From positions 1 to 48,238 of the forward strand of contig CAYYIQ010000001.1 of assembly GCA_964472005.1 (NCBI GenBank): 48,238 bases of DNA. Direction: 5' to 3'. The position numbers and the translations under genes were made by a program. Numbering within the stretch: the stretch's first letter is position 1; each line of letters opens with the position of its first letter. This DNA is from an uncultured Bdellovibrionales bacterium. Lineage in GTDB: Bacteria; Bdellovibrionota_C; UBA2361; SZUA-149; DAOLCO01. Shown here one piece after another: positions 26,176 through 36,063 of the stretch. The notes beneath the pieces were generated by a model that did not search any database, was not told the DNA's origin, and was given only the letters and a program-made list of their open reading frames with translations.

Positions 26176-28083
26176 TTAATTTACTTCTTCAAAATCAGCA
26201 TCAACTACATCATCATTTTCGCCAGATGTCGAGTCAGCTTGACCTTCCTGACCTGATTCACCTGCGGTATTTTGCGCGGTAGATTCATACATTTTTTTAG
26301 TCAAAGCATGTGTCAAAGTCTCAAGCGCTTGCTTTTCGCTATTAAGTGCAGATGCTGTTGTTCCTTCCTCCAACACTTTTCGAGAAGTTGTAATTGCAGC
26401 TTCAATACTACTTTTTTCGTCAGCCGGAACCTTTTCACCATGTTCTTTTAATAGCTGCTCAGATGCATAAATAGTAGTGTCTAAAGCATTTCGGGCTTCA
26501 GCCAATTCCTTTTTATTCTTATCCTCTGAAGCATTAATTTCAGCATCTTTAATCATCTGCTGAATTTCCTCTTCTGACAATCCTGAGTTAGCAGTAATTT
26601 GAATTTGGTTGTCCTTACCGGTTCCAAGATCCTTAGCAGAAACTTTTACGATCCCGTTAGCGTCAATATCAAACATCACCTCAATCTGTGGAACCCCTCT
26701 TGGAGCTGGTGGAATTCCAGTCAAGTCGAATCTGCCAAGTGTCTTATTATCACCTGACATTTCTCTTTCCCCTTGAAGAACATGTATGCTTACCGCGGGC
26801 TGATTATCTGCCGCAGTTGAGAATACTTGTGTTTTCTTAGTTGGAATAGTTGTATTTTTATCAATCAACTTGGTCATAACACCACCTTGGGTTTCGATAC
26901 CAAGGCTTAATGGAGTAACATCAAGCAATAAAACGTCCTTAACATCACCACTTAAAACACCACCTTGAACAGCAGCTCCAATTGCAACAGCTTCATCAGG
27001 GTTTACATTTTTGCTTGGAGATTTACCAAAGATTGCTTTAACTCTTTCTTGAACTGCTGGCATTCGCGTCATACCACCAACCAATATTACTTCATCTAAC
27101 TCGGAAGTATTAATTCCAGCATCCTTAATCGCAGTTCTGCACGGAGCTTCAAGTCTCTGCAATAAATCACCGCAAAGTTGCTCTAGTTTTGCACGAGTTA
27201 ATTTAATGTTTAGGTTCTTAGGCCCACTTTCATTTACAGCTATGAAAGGAAGGGTAATTTGAGTTTCAGTTGAATTTGATAACTCATGCTTAGCTTCTTC
27301 TGCGGCAGCTTTTAACCGTTGGAGTGCTTCAGTATTCTCTAAAAGATCAATACCTTGTTCTTCCTTGAATGAAGTAGCTAACCATTCCACAATTTTGTGA
27401 TCGAAATCTTCACCACCTAGGAATGTATCTCCGTTAGTAGCTTTAACTTCGAAAACTCCGTCACCTAGTTCTAGAATTGAAATATCAAAAGTTCCGCCAC
27501 CAAGATCAAATACTGCTATCTTCTTGTCGCCTTTTTTATCCGCTCCATAAGCTAGTGCAGCAGCTGTTGGCTCATTGATAATTCTGAGAACATCAAGACC
27601 CGCAATTCGACCAGCATCTTTTGTTGCTTGACGTTGACTGTCATTGAAATAAGCGGGAACTGTAATCACAGCTTGCTTTACTTCCTCACCTAAATAATCT
27701 TCGGCGGTTTGTTTCATTTTTTGAAGAATAAAAGCCGACACTTCTTGAGGAGACTTTTCTTCGTCACCAAGTTTAACCGAAGCATCACCATTTGACGCAG
27801 AAACTATTTCGTAAGGTAAAACTTTTTTTGCTTTTTCAACTTCTTGACTACTCGATTTTCTGCCGATCAATCTTTTGACTGCAAAAATAGTATTTTTTGG
27901 ATTAGTAACAGACTGTCTTTTCGCAATTTGACCAACAAGTCTTTCGCCACTCTCTGTAGCTGCTACAACTGATGGTGTTGTTCTCTTACCTTCACTGTTT
28001 GAAATAACAATGGCGTCACCACCTTCCATTACAGCAACACAAGAATTTGTTGTTCCTAAATCAATTCCAATAATCTTACTCAT
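26176..28083 (-). CDS. dnaK: molecular chaperone DnaK (Hsp70)
   Basis: 635 aa with [24 protein letters not shown] and [11 protein letters not shown] motifs. It ends with TAA. Confidence 0.98.
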   Translation of the reverse strand: MSKIIGIDLGTTNSCVAVMEGGDAIVISNSEGKRTTPSVVAATESGERLVGQIAKRQSVTNPKNTIFAVKRLIGRKSSSQEVEKAKKVLPYEIVSASNGDASVKLGDEEKSPQEVSAFILQKMKQTAEDYLGEEVKQAVITVPAYFNDSQRQATKDAGRIAGLDVLRIINEPTAAALAYGADKKGDKKIAVFDLGGGTFDISILELGDGVFEVKATNGDTFLGGEDFDHKIVEWLATSFKEEQGIDLLENTEALQRLKAAAEEAKHELSNSTETQITLPFIAVNESGPKNLNIKLTRAKLEQLCGDLLQRLEAPCRTAIKDAGINTSELDEVILVGGMTRMPAVQERVKAIFGKSPSKNVNPDEAVAIGAAVQGGVLSGDVKDVLLLDVTPLSLGIETQGGVMTKLIDKNTTIPTKKTQVFSTAADNQPAVSIHVLQGEREMSGDNKTLGRFDLTGIPPAPRGVPQIEVMFDIDANGIVKVSAKDLGTGKDNQIQITANSGLSEEEIQQMIKDAEINASEDKNKKELAEARNALDTTIYASEQLLKEHGEKVPADEKSSIEAAITTSRKVLEEGTTASALNSEKQALETLTHALTKKMYESTAQNTAGESGQEGQADSTSGENDDVVDADFEEVN

Positions 28084-28285
28084 CTTAAACGTGTCCTTAT
28101 CAATAACTATAAAATTTTAAAAAATACTATTGTGTTATCTATAAACAGCCAAATAGTTTTAAGTGCTTATAAATCTATAATATTTTAACGAATCACTCTG
28201 TTTTCGTCAGTCAAATCAACTTAAGCATGCTTTTTAGGATGCGCAAGTACTTAACCTCTAAAAACTTCCCTAAAGTGGTTAATAA

Positions 28286-28945
28286 TTAAGCTTTTTCATC
28301 TACTGAAACAGATCCGGTTTTTGCAGATTCTCCGTTTCCAACTATCACTTGGCCAGGTCTCAAAAGCTTATCTTTAAAATAGTACGGCCGTGATATTTGT
28401 TGAATAATTTTACCTGAATCGTCTGCCGAACTTGGAGACATAGTCAAAGCTTCATGCTTCTTAGGATCGAAAGACTCTCCTAAACATTCTTCACCTTTGA
28501 TACCATAACGCTCGAACAAAGTTCTCATGCGATTCGAAATTAAATTAATTCCCTCGAGTATCGTTGGGGTATCAGTTTCTGCTGACTGATTTGCGGCTCT
28601 TTCTAGATCGTCCATAACTTCTAGGAAATCTCTGGCCATATTCTCACCAGCATATTTCATTAAATCTGATCGCTCTTTAATATGGCGTTTTCTAGTATTA
28701 TCTAATTCCGCTACCGCATAAAGATATTTAGAATTCATGTCTGAAAGTTTTTGTTCGAGATCTAAAGCTGGTTTTGCACCAAACGGATCACCTTGCGGTG
28801 GCATAACAGGCTGTTCTTCATTCAAAGTAGCATTAGAATCTTGTTCATCTTTTATTTGATCGGCGGAAGTTTCAGCAGAAGTTTGGTCGGTTTTAACTTC
28901 GTCGCTAGAATTTGTATCTGAATTTGCTTGGTTTTCTTTAGTCAT
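28286..28945 (-). CDS. grpE: nucleotide exchange factor GrpE
   Basis: 219 aa. The core YLYAVAELDNTRKRHIKE ... RPYYFKDKLLRPGQVIV matches GrpE. The N-terminal ~60 aa are low complexity. It lies upstream of dnaK. Confidence 0.93.
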   Translation of the reverse strand: MTKENQANSDTNSSDEVKTDQTSAETSADQIKDEQDSNATLNEEQPVMPPQGDPFGAKPALDLEQKLSDMNSKYLYAVAELDNTRKRHIKERSDLMKYAGENMARDFLEVMDDLERAANQSAETDTPTILEGINLISNRMRTLFERYGIKGEECLGESFDPKKHEALTMSPSSADDSGKIIQQISRPYYFKDKLLRPGQVIVGNGESAKTGSVSVDEKA

Positions 28946-29539
28946 CTGTCTATTTTTATATTGCCTAGAAAAATATTTATTATTCGATTTGGTTAGGTAA
29001 GCATTCGAAAGGTAAAAAGCAAGCGGAGTTATGAAAAATTTGCATCTTAAATCGAGGCGAATGGCAAAATCTTGGACGAAGCAGACTTAAATGTAGCATG
29101 GCTTTAAACGGTAATAGATGTTCGAAGCATGACCATGGAATTATATACTTGTAGGAATTCATACGTATCATTGAATCGCCAGCTCATTTCCGACTAAAAC
29201 CTTGTGTTATCTAATACGTATGTAGTTCGACTTAATAGTTCTATAATCTAGATTTGAATTACGATTCTGGTTCAACTTCGAACAAGTGTGGAGCCAAGTA
29301 TCACTTTTGATGAATGTACTTATAAGTCACAACACTTAGCTCTATAGATTACAAATATAAACGTATTGCTCTTGAAATTATCTATATTTAAGAAAGACCG
29401 TCGTCACATCGTCTTTCTTATTGCCCATTGAGGTGCTATTTAATATTGCGATCTGTAATTCATTGATATGTATATTAAAAATTAGTTTAAGGTGATCCTG
29501 CATTTTGACCGAATAAGTTAAACGAGGCAGAGATTAGCG

Positions 29540-29573
29540 ATATTTGTTGACCGCAGGTGCTATCAACAAATAT
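29540..29573. repeat. perfect 11-bp inverted repeat in the mgtE upstream region
   Basis: ATATTTGTTGA (29540..29550), 12-nt spacer ccgcaggtgcta, then TCAACAAATAT (29563..29573). The repeat ends ~160 nt upstream of the mgtE ATG. Confidence 0.6.
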
Positions 29574-29734
29574 TTTATGATTCGAAAGACTCACTGTTGG
29601 CCTAGGTCGTCTTTGGCTCACGGACTTGACTACCTTTGGGTTGAGTTCCCTAAAGTTAATCGAAACTATAATTCAAAGTTCATATATTAAATAAAATAAT
29701 TTCAGCGACTAAAAATTAAAGGCCTAATTTCAAT

Positions 29735-31111
29735 ATGAACTCTCCAGAAATCGACCAATCAGTAGATGAACTTCTACCTATTTTCACAAACCTTTTGGAA
29801 GAAGGTTCAAGTGATGAATTAAGAGAAAAGCTAGAAACACTCCACCCTAGTACGCTTTCAGACTTATTATTGAACGTCTCACCATCAGCTAGAGGTCAAT
29901 TTCTTCAGCATATAACTGGCTTAGATTCTATTGCTCAGTTAGCTGCGCATGCAAATATTACACTTCGCGAGGAGATGCTTGAATTAATCGACGATTCAAG
30001 ACTCGCTGCGATAATAAGAAGACTCGATTTGGATGACGCTGCTGACATTTTAAATTCAGTACCTCGTCGACGACAGGTCAAGGTTCTAAAACGTTTGAAT
30101 TCTGGACTCGTGAAAGAATTAACAACCCTACTTGCATACGATGAGCAAACTGCAGGGGGGATAATGAATCCTCGATTTTTTGCGTTGAGCCCTGACGAAG
30201 TGACACAGGAAGCGACATTACGCTTAAAGAGTTCATTATTATCTAAAGAAATAGACGACGATACTGACTTATCAAATTGCTTCGTAATTGATGCTAGAGG
30301 GAAGTTACTAGGTATTATTACCCTTAGGGAACTTCTCGGCGCGCCTGATAACGTGAAACTTGAGACGATCATGGATAGCTCACATGTTTCTATTAATGCT
30401 GAAGCAGACCAAGAAGAAGCGGCATGGAAGATAGCTGATTACGATTTATCGTCACTCCCTGTGGTTTCGGAAGATAATCTCATTTTAGGTATTATTACAG
30501 TCGATGACATTTTAGACGTTATAACAGAAGAGCATGAAGAAGATCTTTCAAAGCTTATTGGTACAAACGAAGACGATAGAGTTGGAGCCAGTGTATTTGT
30601 TTCTTTAAAAAGTAGATTACCTTGGCTACTGGCGAGCTTTACTGGCGGTACGATCGGCGCTGCTGTTCTTGGATCTTATTCGGCGACACTGCAAGAGATA
30701 GTTGCACTAGCTTTTTTTATGCCTGTCGTATTTGGAATGGGGGGAAATGTCGGCTCACAATCTTCAACTATTACTGTGATAGGTTTGGCTACTGGAGAAC
30801 TTGGCCAATCACGAATACTAGGAAGACTGTTAAAAGAACTTTCGGTGGGTCTATCTTTAGGTATATTTTTTGCCTTACTCTTAGGGATAACGTCCTATTT
30901 GATGTTTAACAATTTAAATCTTAGCTTCGTCGTGGCATTTTCAATAACTACAACAATGATGTGCGCTGCGACAATCGGTTCGATTTTACCAGTTGTTTTT
31001 GAAAAGTTTGGTTTCGATCCTGCAATCGCAGCAGGTCCCCTAGTGGCCACTAGCAACGATATTATTAGTATCTTAATTTATTTTAGCGTCGCTACATTCT
31101 TATTGACCTAA
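29735..31111 (+). CDS. mgtE: magnesium transporter MgtE
   Basis: 458 aa with an MgtE N-domain, a tandem CBS pair, and a C-terminal 5-TM domain containing GMGGNVGSQSS. Confidence 0.93.
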   Translation: MNSPEIDQSVDELLPIFTNLLEEGSSDELREKLETLHPSTLSDLLLNVSPSARGQFLQHITGLDSIAQLAAHANITLREEMLELIDDSRLAAIIRRLDLDDAADILNSVPRRRQVKVLKRLNSGLVKELTTLLAYDEQTAGGIMNPRFFALSPDEVTQEATLRLKSSLLSKEIDDDTDLSNCFVIDARGKLLGIITLRELLGAPDNVKLETIMDSSHVSINAEADQEEAAWKIADYDLSSLPVVSEDNLILGIITVDDILDVITEEHEEDLSKLIGTNEDDRVGASVFVSLKSRLPWLLASFTGGTIGAAVLGSYSATLQEIVALAFFMPVVFGMGGNVGSQSSTITVIGLATGELGQSRILGRLLKELSVGLSLGIFFALLLGITSYLMFNNLNLSFVVAFSITTTMMCAATIGSILPVVFEKFGFDPAIAAGPLVATSNDIISILIYFSVATFLLT

Positions 31112-31118
31112 CTATTTC

Positions 31119-31760
31119 ATGATTGAATCTAAAGGCATCATCTTAAAACTTGTTCCTTATCGAGATGCAGATCTAATAGCGACTGTATTAACGACTGAGC
31201 TCGGGAAGATAAGCTGCCTTGCAAGAAGCGCTAGAAAAAGCAAACATCGTTTTTTTTCAGGTCTTCAAGTTTTTGATTCTGGAATTTTTACCTTCAGTAA
31301 ATTCAAAGGGAAGAATCTTATTCTTGAAGGTTTAACTAACAAGACTTCGATGAACGATATTGGGAAGAAGCCCTCAAACTTTTTGTTAGCTAGCTTATTC
31401 TCTGAAATAATTGACAAGATCGTTCCTGACGAAGACCCAGATTATTCATCAATAGTGAGAAATTTGAATTTCACTTTGGGAAAGCTAAACAAATCAAATC
31501 AAGGACTTGATCAGCTATGTCTTGCAACTTGGTTTTTAATAAAAATTGCATCGACTTGCGGAATTGACCCAGGTTCAACAGATAGAGTTTTTCGAAAAGA
31601 CGACCTCGAATGGTATCATCAACTTTCGCAAAATAATTTTGTTACATACACACCGATTGAAGCATCGGAAAGAGGTTTTATAAATTTAGCTAATTTTATA
31701 CAAACCTCTTTCGAGACGAACTTCAGAATACTTCAACAACTTCCAAGTCCTTGGAAATAG
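31119..31760 (+). CDS. recO: DNA repair protein RecO
   Basis: 213 aa. The N-terminal OB-fold pattern GIILKLVPYRDADLIATVLTTELGKISCLARSARKSKHRF is typical of RecO. It starts 7 nt after mgtE. Confidence 0.85.
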   Translation: MIESKGIILKLVPYRDADLIATVLTTELGKISCLARSARKSKHRFFSGLQVFDSGIFTFSKFKGKNLILEGLTNKTSMNDIGKKPSNFLLASLFSEIIDKIVPDEDPDYSSIVRNLNFTLGKLNKSNQGLDQLCLATWFLIKIASTCGIDPGSTDRVFRKDDLEWYHQLSQNNFVTYTPIEASERGFINLANFIQTSFETNFRILQQLPSPWK

Positions 31761-31769
31761 ATCAACAAG

Positions 31770-32114
31770 CTAACTCTTTGAGCTAGACTCCGTTGTATTT
31801 GTACTTGGTTTTGCGGGTGTAGATTCAACAGCTGGTTTCGTTGCGGCTTTGTTCTCGTCTTTTTTAGCAGCTACACTCGCTGTTTCAGTCGTCGTTGAAG
31901 TGCTAGGCGTTGGCGCAGAAGATGTATTACTACCCGATGCATAGTCAGTCTTATACCATCCCGAACCTTTAAGGTGAAAAGCTGTTGCATTTATAATACG
32001 CTTTAACTCATTTTTTTTACAAACTGGACACTCTGTGAGTGCGTCTTCACTAATTTTTTGAACTTGTTCAAAATGATGGTCACATGAACCACATAGATAT
32101 TCGTATGTTGGCAT
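31770..32114 (-). CDS. FmdB-family zinc-ribbon protein with Ser/Thr/Ala-rich tail
   Basis: MPTYEYLCGSCDHHFEQVQKISED..TECPVCKK is the CxxC_CxxC_SSSS family signature. The C-terminal ~55 aa are low complexity. Confidence 0.8.
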   Translation of the reverse strand: MPTYEYLCGSCDHHFEQVQKISEDALTECPVCKKNELKRIINATAFHLKGSGWYKTDYASGSNTSSAPTPSTSTTTETASVAAKKDENKAATKPAVESTPAKPSTNTTESSSKS

Positions 32115-32176
32115 TACTTCTAACTCCTTTGGAAAATACTAAAATTTGGGGGATATTCTACAATCAATCAAATAAA

Positions 32177-32497
32177 CTATAAAGTCGCCTGCAAAGCGGT
32201 CTGTCTAATGACGGTCGCATAATCAATCATCGACTGGACAATAAAACTACTAATTAACTGCAAGAACAGCAAGATTATTAATGGAGAAAGATCTAACATC
32301 CCAACCGGAGGAATATATCTTCGTGCCTTTTGAAACATTGGTTCAGTTGTATTTCTGACAAACTGAACTAATGGATTTCGTGGATCAGCACTAACCCAGG
32401 ACATAATAACTGCTGCTATTATTAGTATATTCATAAACCAGACCAGAGAACTAAGAATCAATCCAATGGCATTAAGTAAATTCGCTAAAATGAGCAT
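32177..32497 (-). CDS. yggT: YggT-family membrane protein
   Basis: 106 aa with two TM helices. It sits next to yggS, as in many bacteria. Confidence 0.75.
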   Translation of the reverse strand: MLILANLLNAIGLILSSLVWFMNILIIAAVIMSWVSADPRNPLVQFVRNTTEPMFQKARRYIPPVGMLDLSPLIILLFLQLISSFIVQSMIDYATVIRQTALQATL

Positions 32498-32636
32498 AAT
32501 TATATTCTATTGATTTAATGATTTATTAAAATATCCAAAACTATTTACCACGATAAGGTAAATATTTACAAAACTTCCAAACAAAGTCTCTTACTAACGA
32601 GCAAATACCTTAAACCGAAGTAGCAGTATTTGAACC

Positions 32637-33332
32637 CTACCTACTTCCAAAAATAGCGGTTCCAACTCTAACAATTGTCGAACCGCATTCAATCGCCAAT
32701 TCTAAATCGTCAGTCATTCCCATCGACAAATGATCTAACAGGAATCCTTCCTCCTTAAGTTCATTCTTCAACTTCTTCATTTCTGTAAATTCACGAGTTT
32801 TTACTCCGATATCCTCGGTAAAACTACCGATAGCCATTAAACCTATGAAATTGAGGTATGGCAAATCGACGGTGTCCTTGAAAAACTGCACAACTTCCCT
32901 TTTATTAATACCAGCTTTTTGATCTTCTCCAGATATATTAACTTGAAGCATCGCATCCACCGGAGGAAGTGAATTATTGTGATAATAAGTATTTATTTTA
33001 TTCGCCAATTTCAGACTATCAATCGATTGGATACAGGAAAATTTTCCGGCAATAGAGGGGATTTTATTAGATTGCAAATGTCCGATAAAATGAAATTTAA
33101 CTTCTTCATTAACCGTACTGATCTCTTCAATCTTTCGAACTGCTTCTTGAACATAATTTTCGCCAAATAATTTTTGCCCAGCTGAAACTGCCTCTAAAAT
33201 TTCAGAAACACTTTTTTTCTTCGAGACCGCAAGAAGCGTAATTTCCGCAGGATCGCGTTTTACACTGATAGCAGCATCTCTGATCCGCTCTACTATGGAA
33301 TCAATATTTCTCGCTATCGTTGGAACCATCAA
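32637..33332 (-). CDS. yggS: YggS-family pyridoxal-phosphate homeostasis protein
   Basis: 231 aa with LLAVSKKK (PLP lysine), FGENYVQE, HFIGHLQSNK and SMGMTDD motifs. Confidence 0.9.
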   Translation of the reverse strand: MMVPTIARNIDSIVERIRDAAISVKRDPAEITLLAVSKKKSVSEILEAVSAGQKLFGENYVQEAVRKIEEISTVNEEVKFHFIGHLQSNKIPSIAGKFSCIQSIDSLKLANKINTYYHNNSLPPVDAMLQVNISGEDQKAGINKREVVQFFKDTVDLPYLNFIGLMAIGSFTEDIGVKTREFTEMKKLKNELKEEGFLLDHLSMGMTDDLELAIECGSTIVRVGTAIFGSR

Positions 33333-33892
33333 ATTCCATCTAACATTGGTTTTACTATTTCTAATGGCAAGCCGATTACATTACTTGGAGATCCTTCTAT
33401 CTTGGAAATAAAACATAACGCGCTATTTTGAAACCCATATGCACCAGCTTTATCACGCCCTGCACCAGAAAGCGTATAATCATTAATTTCCTTTTCGGAT
33501 AACAGTCTAAAACTAACGCTGGTTTCCGAAATTTCAGTCTTGATTGTTTCAGATTTTGGCGAGTATATCGAAACCGCAGTCAACACCTGATGACGTTTTC
33601 CTGAGAGTAAATTTAAAATATAATTTGAATCTGCATCGTCAGTTGGCTTGCCTAAGATTAAATCTCCTAAAACGACGGAAGTATCTGCCGCAAGAACCGT
33701 TTTCTCTGGGTTTTTTTGTGCTACATTATTGCATTTTTCTTCACTCACCCTCTTCACATAAACATACGGTTTTTCATTTGAAAGGATATCCTCATTGATA
33801 TTTGAGACTTCAATATCAAAAGAATAACCTAAATATGCTAGCAATTCTTTCCTTCTAGGCGATGCCGAGGCGAGAATTAAATCCATTATCAA
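33329..33892 (-). CDS. maf: Maf-like nucleoside-triphosphate pyrophosphatase
   Basis: LILASASPRRKELL, DTSVVLGD, and GAYGFQ followed by IEGSPSNVIGLP motifs; 187 aa. Confidence 0.9.
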   Translation of the reverse strand: MIMDLILASASPRRKELLAYLGYSFDIEVSNINEDILSNEKPYVYVKRVSEEKCNNVAQKNPEKTVLAADTSVVLGDLILGKPTDDADSNYILNLLSGKRHQVLTAVSIYSPKSETIKTEISETSVSFRLLSEKEINDYTLSGAGRDKAGAYGFQNSALCFISKIEGSPSNVIGLPLEIVKPMLDGI

Positions 33893-34914
33893 ACTCCGTA
33901 TTTTCTATCGATAGCTAATGCGATTTTTTTCACATCACTAACTAATTCAGCAAAAGTATCAAATTTCAATGATTGCCCACCATCACTCATCGCACATTCT
34001 GGAGTATTATGAACTTCGATAATGAGCCCATCTGCGCCAACGGCAGTAGAGGCTCTAGCCATCGGATTAACGTATTTCCACACTCCAGTACCATGACTAG
34101 GGTCAATAATCACAGGAAGGTTCGTTCTTGCTCGAAGAGCAGGCACCGCATTAAGATCTAATGTATTCCTTGTAGATGTTTCAAATGTTCGGATTCCTCT
34201 TTCGCAGAGAATTACATTGGGATTTCCTTCCGCAAGAATGTACTCAGCGCTTAGTAACAGCTCTTCTATCGTTGCGCTCATTCCCCTTTTTAACAACACA
34301 GGCATTTTTGTTTTACCTACAGTTTTTAAAAGCGGGAAATTTTGCATATTTCTTGCACCAATTTGGATCACGTCTGCGTATTTTGTTATCAAGTCCAGAT
34401 CATTATGATCAATAAGTTCCGTCACAACTGCTAACCCGGTTTCCTCTCTGGCTTTCGCCAAAATTTTCAAACCTTCCTCACCCATCCCTTGAAAAGAATA
34501 AGTACTGGATCGAGGTTTGAAAGCTCCACCTCTTAATGCATGGGCACCAGATGCTTTAATTGACTTTGCAATTTCAATTAATTGTTCTTCGCTTTCGACA
34601 GAACATGGGCCAGCAATGACACAAAAACTGTTGGGTCCAAAAGAACACAAATCGTTAATTTTCACAGTAATGGGTTTCGGATTAAGATCTTTTCCAGCAA
34701 GTTTGTACGAACTTAGAATTGGAACTATTTTTTCTACTCCAGGTAATACAGCTAACTTTTCTAAATCTTTTTTACCCCTTTCGTCTCCGAGACAACCAAC
34801 TACGTTTCTTTCGACCCCTCTCATTAAGTGAGGTCGATAGCCGATACCTTCTATCTCTTCTAAAATTTTAGTGAGTTTCTCCTCACTAGCCCCAGCTTTC
34901 ATTACGACGATCAT
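33889..34914 (-). CDS. aroF: 3-deoxy-7-phosphoheptulonate (DAHP) synthase, type I-beta with N-terminal regulatory domain
   Basis: 341 aa with an N-terminal ferredoxin-like domain (MIVVMKAGASEEKLTKILEEIE). The catalytic barrel has RGGAFKPRSSTYSFQGMG and IIDPSHG motifs. Confidence 0.88.
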   Translation of the reverse strand: MIVVMKAGASEEKLTKILEEIEGIGYRPHLMRGVERNVVGCLGDERGKKDLEKLAVLPGVEKIVPILSSYKLAGKDLNPKPITVKINDLCSFGPNSFCVIAGPCSVESEEQLIEIAKSIKASGAHALRGGAFKPRSSTYSFQGMGEEGLKILAKAREETGLAVVTELIDHNDLDLITKYADVIQIGARNMQNFPLLKTVGKTKMPVLLKRGMSATIEELLLSAEYILAEGNPNVILCERGIRTFETSTRNTLDLNAVPALRARTNLPVIIDPSHGTGVWKYVNPMARASTAVGADGLIIEVHNTPECAMSDGGQSLKFDTFAELVSDVKKIALAIDRKYGV

Positions 34915-34947
34915 ATTTTTTCCAGTTCTGAAATTTATTATTAAAGG

Positions 34948-36063
34948 TTAACTAAACATATATCTTCTTGCAGAGAGTCCTGCGACCATACCCAAAAGAC
35001 ACATAGTGGTTAATAGAGAGGAGCCACCGTAACTTAAAATTGCTAACGTGATTCCGACAACGGGTAAAATCCCAATAACCATACCAATATTGATGAAGGT
35101 ATGCCAAAATATCAACGCTGCTGTACCAATCGTCAAATACATCGAAAAAGGATCTTGCATTTTTGATGCTAGATTCAATAATTGCATAATTAGCAAGCAA
35201 TAAATGCCGATCACAGTTAGGCTTCCTAAAAATCCCCATTCTTCAGCAAGAACGGAGAATACAAAATCTGTTGTCTGCTCAGGTAAGAATCTAAGTTGGG
35301 TCTGGGTCCCCTTTCGGAAACCTTTTCCAAATACTGCTCCTGAACCTACTGCTATCTTTGATTGCAGCGAATGGTAACCTCGACCTAGCGGATCTTTTTC
35401 AGGAGAAAGAAATGTAATGACACGCTGTTTCTGATATTCCTTTAGACCAAACTCATATACTGGTACTGCAAGTAAAATAAGGGTGACTAGAATTTTAAAA
35501 ATTGAACTAAACCTTAGACCTGCAACGAAAATCATCGTTGCACCGATTGCAAGAAGACATAGTGCAGTTCCAAGATCGGGTTGTTTCATTATTAAGGCAG
35601 CTGGGACGAACATAATCAGCGCTGGATAAAGCAGATTTTTGAGATTGTACCCGTCCTTAGGTGCTGAATCACTAGCAAACACACGAGCCAACATCATGAT
35701 AGCTCCTATCTTCATCACTTCGGATGGCTGCATCCTTACAGGACCAAGCGATAACCATCTCCTAGCCCCACCCGCCATAATCCCCCCTTTAATCAATAAG
35801 AAAAGCAATAATCCAATACCTATAAAATAAACAAGAGGGCTTATCCTTTTTAAAAACTTAGGGTTTAAAAACGCAGTGAATATGAATACGAAAAAAGAAA
35901 TACCAAAATAAATTCCTTGTAATTTAAATGCCTGGCTTTCTGACGTCTCCGGATTATAGCCAGCGCTGTAAAGCACCAACAGTCCAATTAAACATAAAAT
36001 CGTTGGGAAGATAATTAAACCCCAGTCTAGACTTGATAAAATAGATTTTTGCTTGCTTATCAT
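34948..36063 (-). CDS. rodA: rod shape-determining SEDS protein RodA
   Basis: 371 aa, about 10 TM segments, FtsW/RodA motifs (QPSEVMKI, GRGYHSLQSKIAVGSGAVFGKG, TDFVFSVLAEEWG). Its start overlaps the mrdA stop (TAATG). Confidence 0.93.
   Translation of the reverse strand: MISKQKSILSSLDWGLIIFPTILCLIGLLVLYSAGYNPETSESQAFKLQGIYFGISFFVFIFTAFLNPKFLKRISPLVYFIGIGLLLFLLIKGGIMAGGARRWLSLGPVRMQPSEVMKIGAIMMLARVFASDSAPKDGYNLKNLLYPALIMFVPAALIMKQPDLGTALCLLAIGATMIFVAGLRFSSIFKILVTLILLAVPVYEFGLKEYQKQRVITFLSPEKDPLGRGYHSLQSKIAVGSGAVFGKGFRKGTQTQLRFLPEQTTDFVFSVLAEEWGFLGSLTVIGIYCLLIMQLLNLASKMQDPFSMYLTIGTAALIFWHTFINIGMVIGILPVVGITLAILSYGGSSLLTTMCLLGMVAGLSARRYMFS

Noticed and set aside
28980-29171. 63-aa minus-strand ORF in the grpE-mgtE spacer
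   Set aside because: It is Cys/Phe/His/Pro-rich with no SD and no recognisable domain. It is most likely a chance ORF.
29517-29666. Possible M-box (ykoK) Mg2+ riboswitch upstream of mgtE
   Set aside because: The resemblance to the Bacillus M-box, as I recall it, is only patchy. On the plus strand I see GTTAAACGAGGC and CCTAAAGTTAATCGA. On the minus strand I see CCAAAGACG...CAACAG. The matches fall on both strands, and I could not build the P1 pairing in either orientation. A cmsearch with RF00380 is needed, so I make no call.
28946-29734. CIRCE operator / hrcA upstream of grpE
   Set aside because: I found no TTAGCACTC-N9-GAGTGCTAA match by eye. The only related sequence is the half-site-like AGGTGCTAT, which occurs twice without an inverted partner. 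No HrcA-sized ORF is present.
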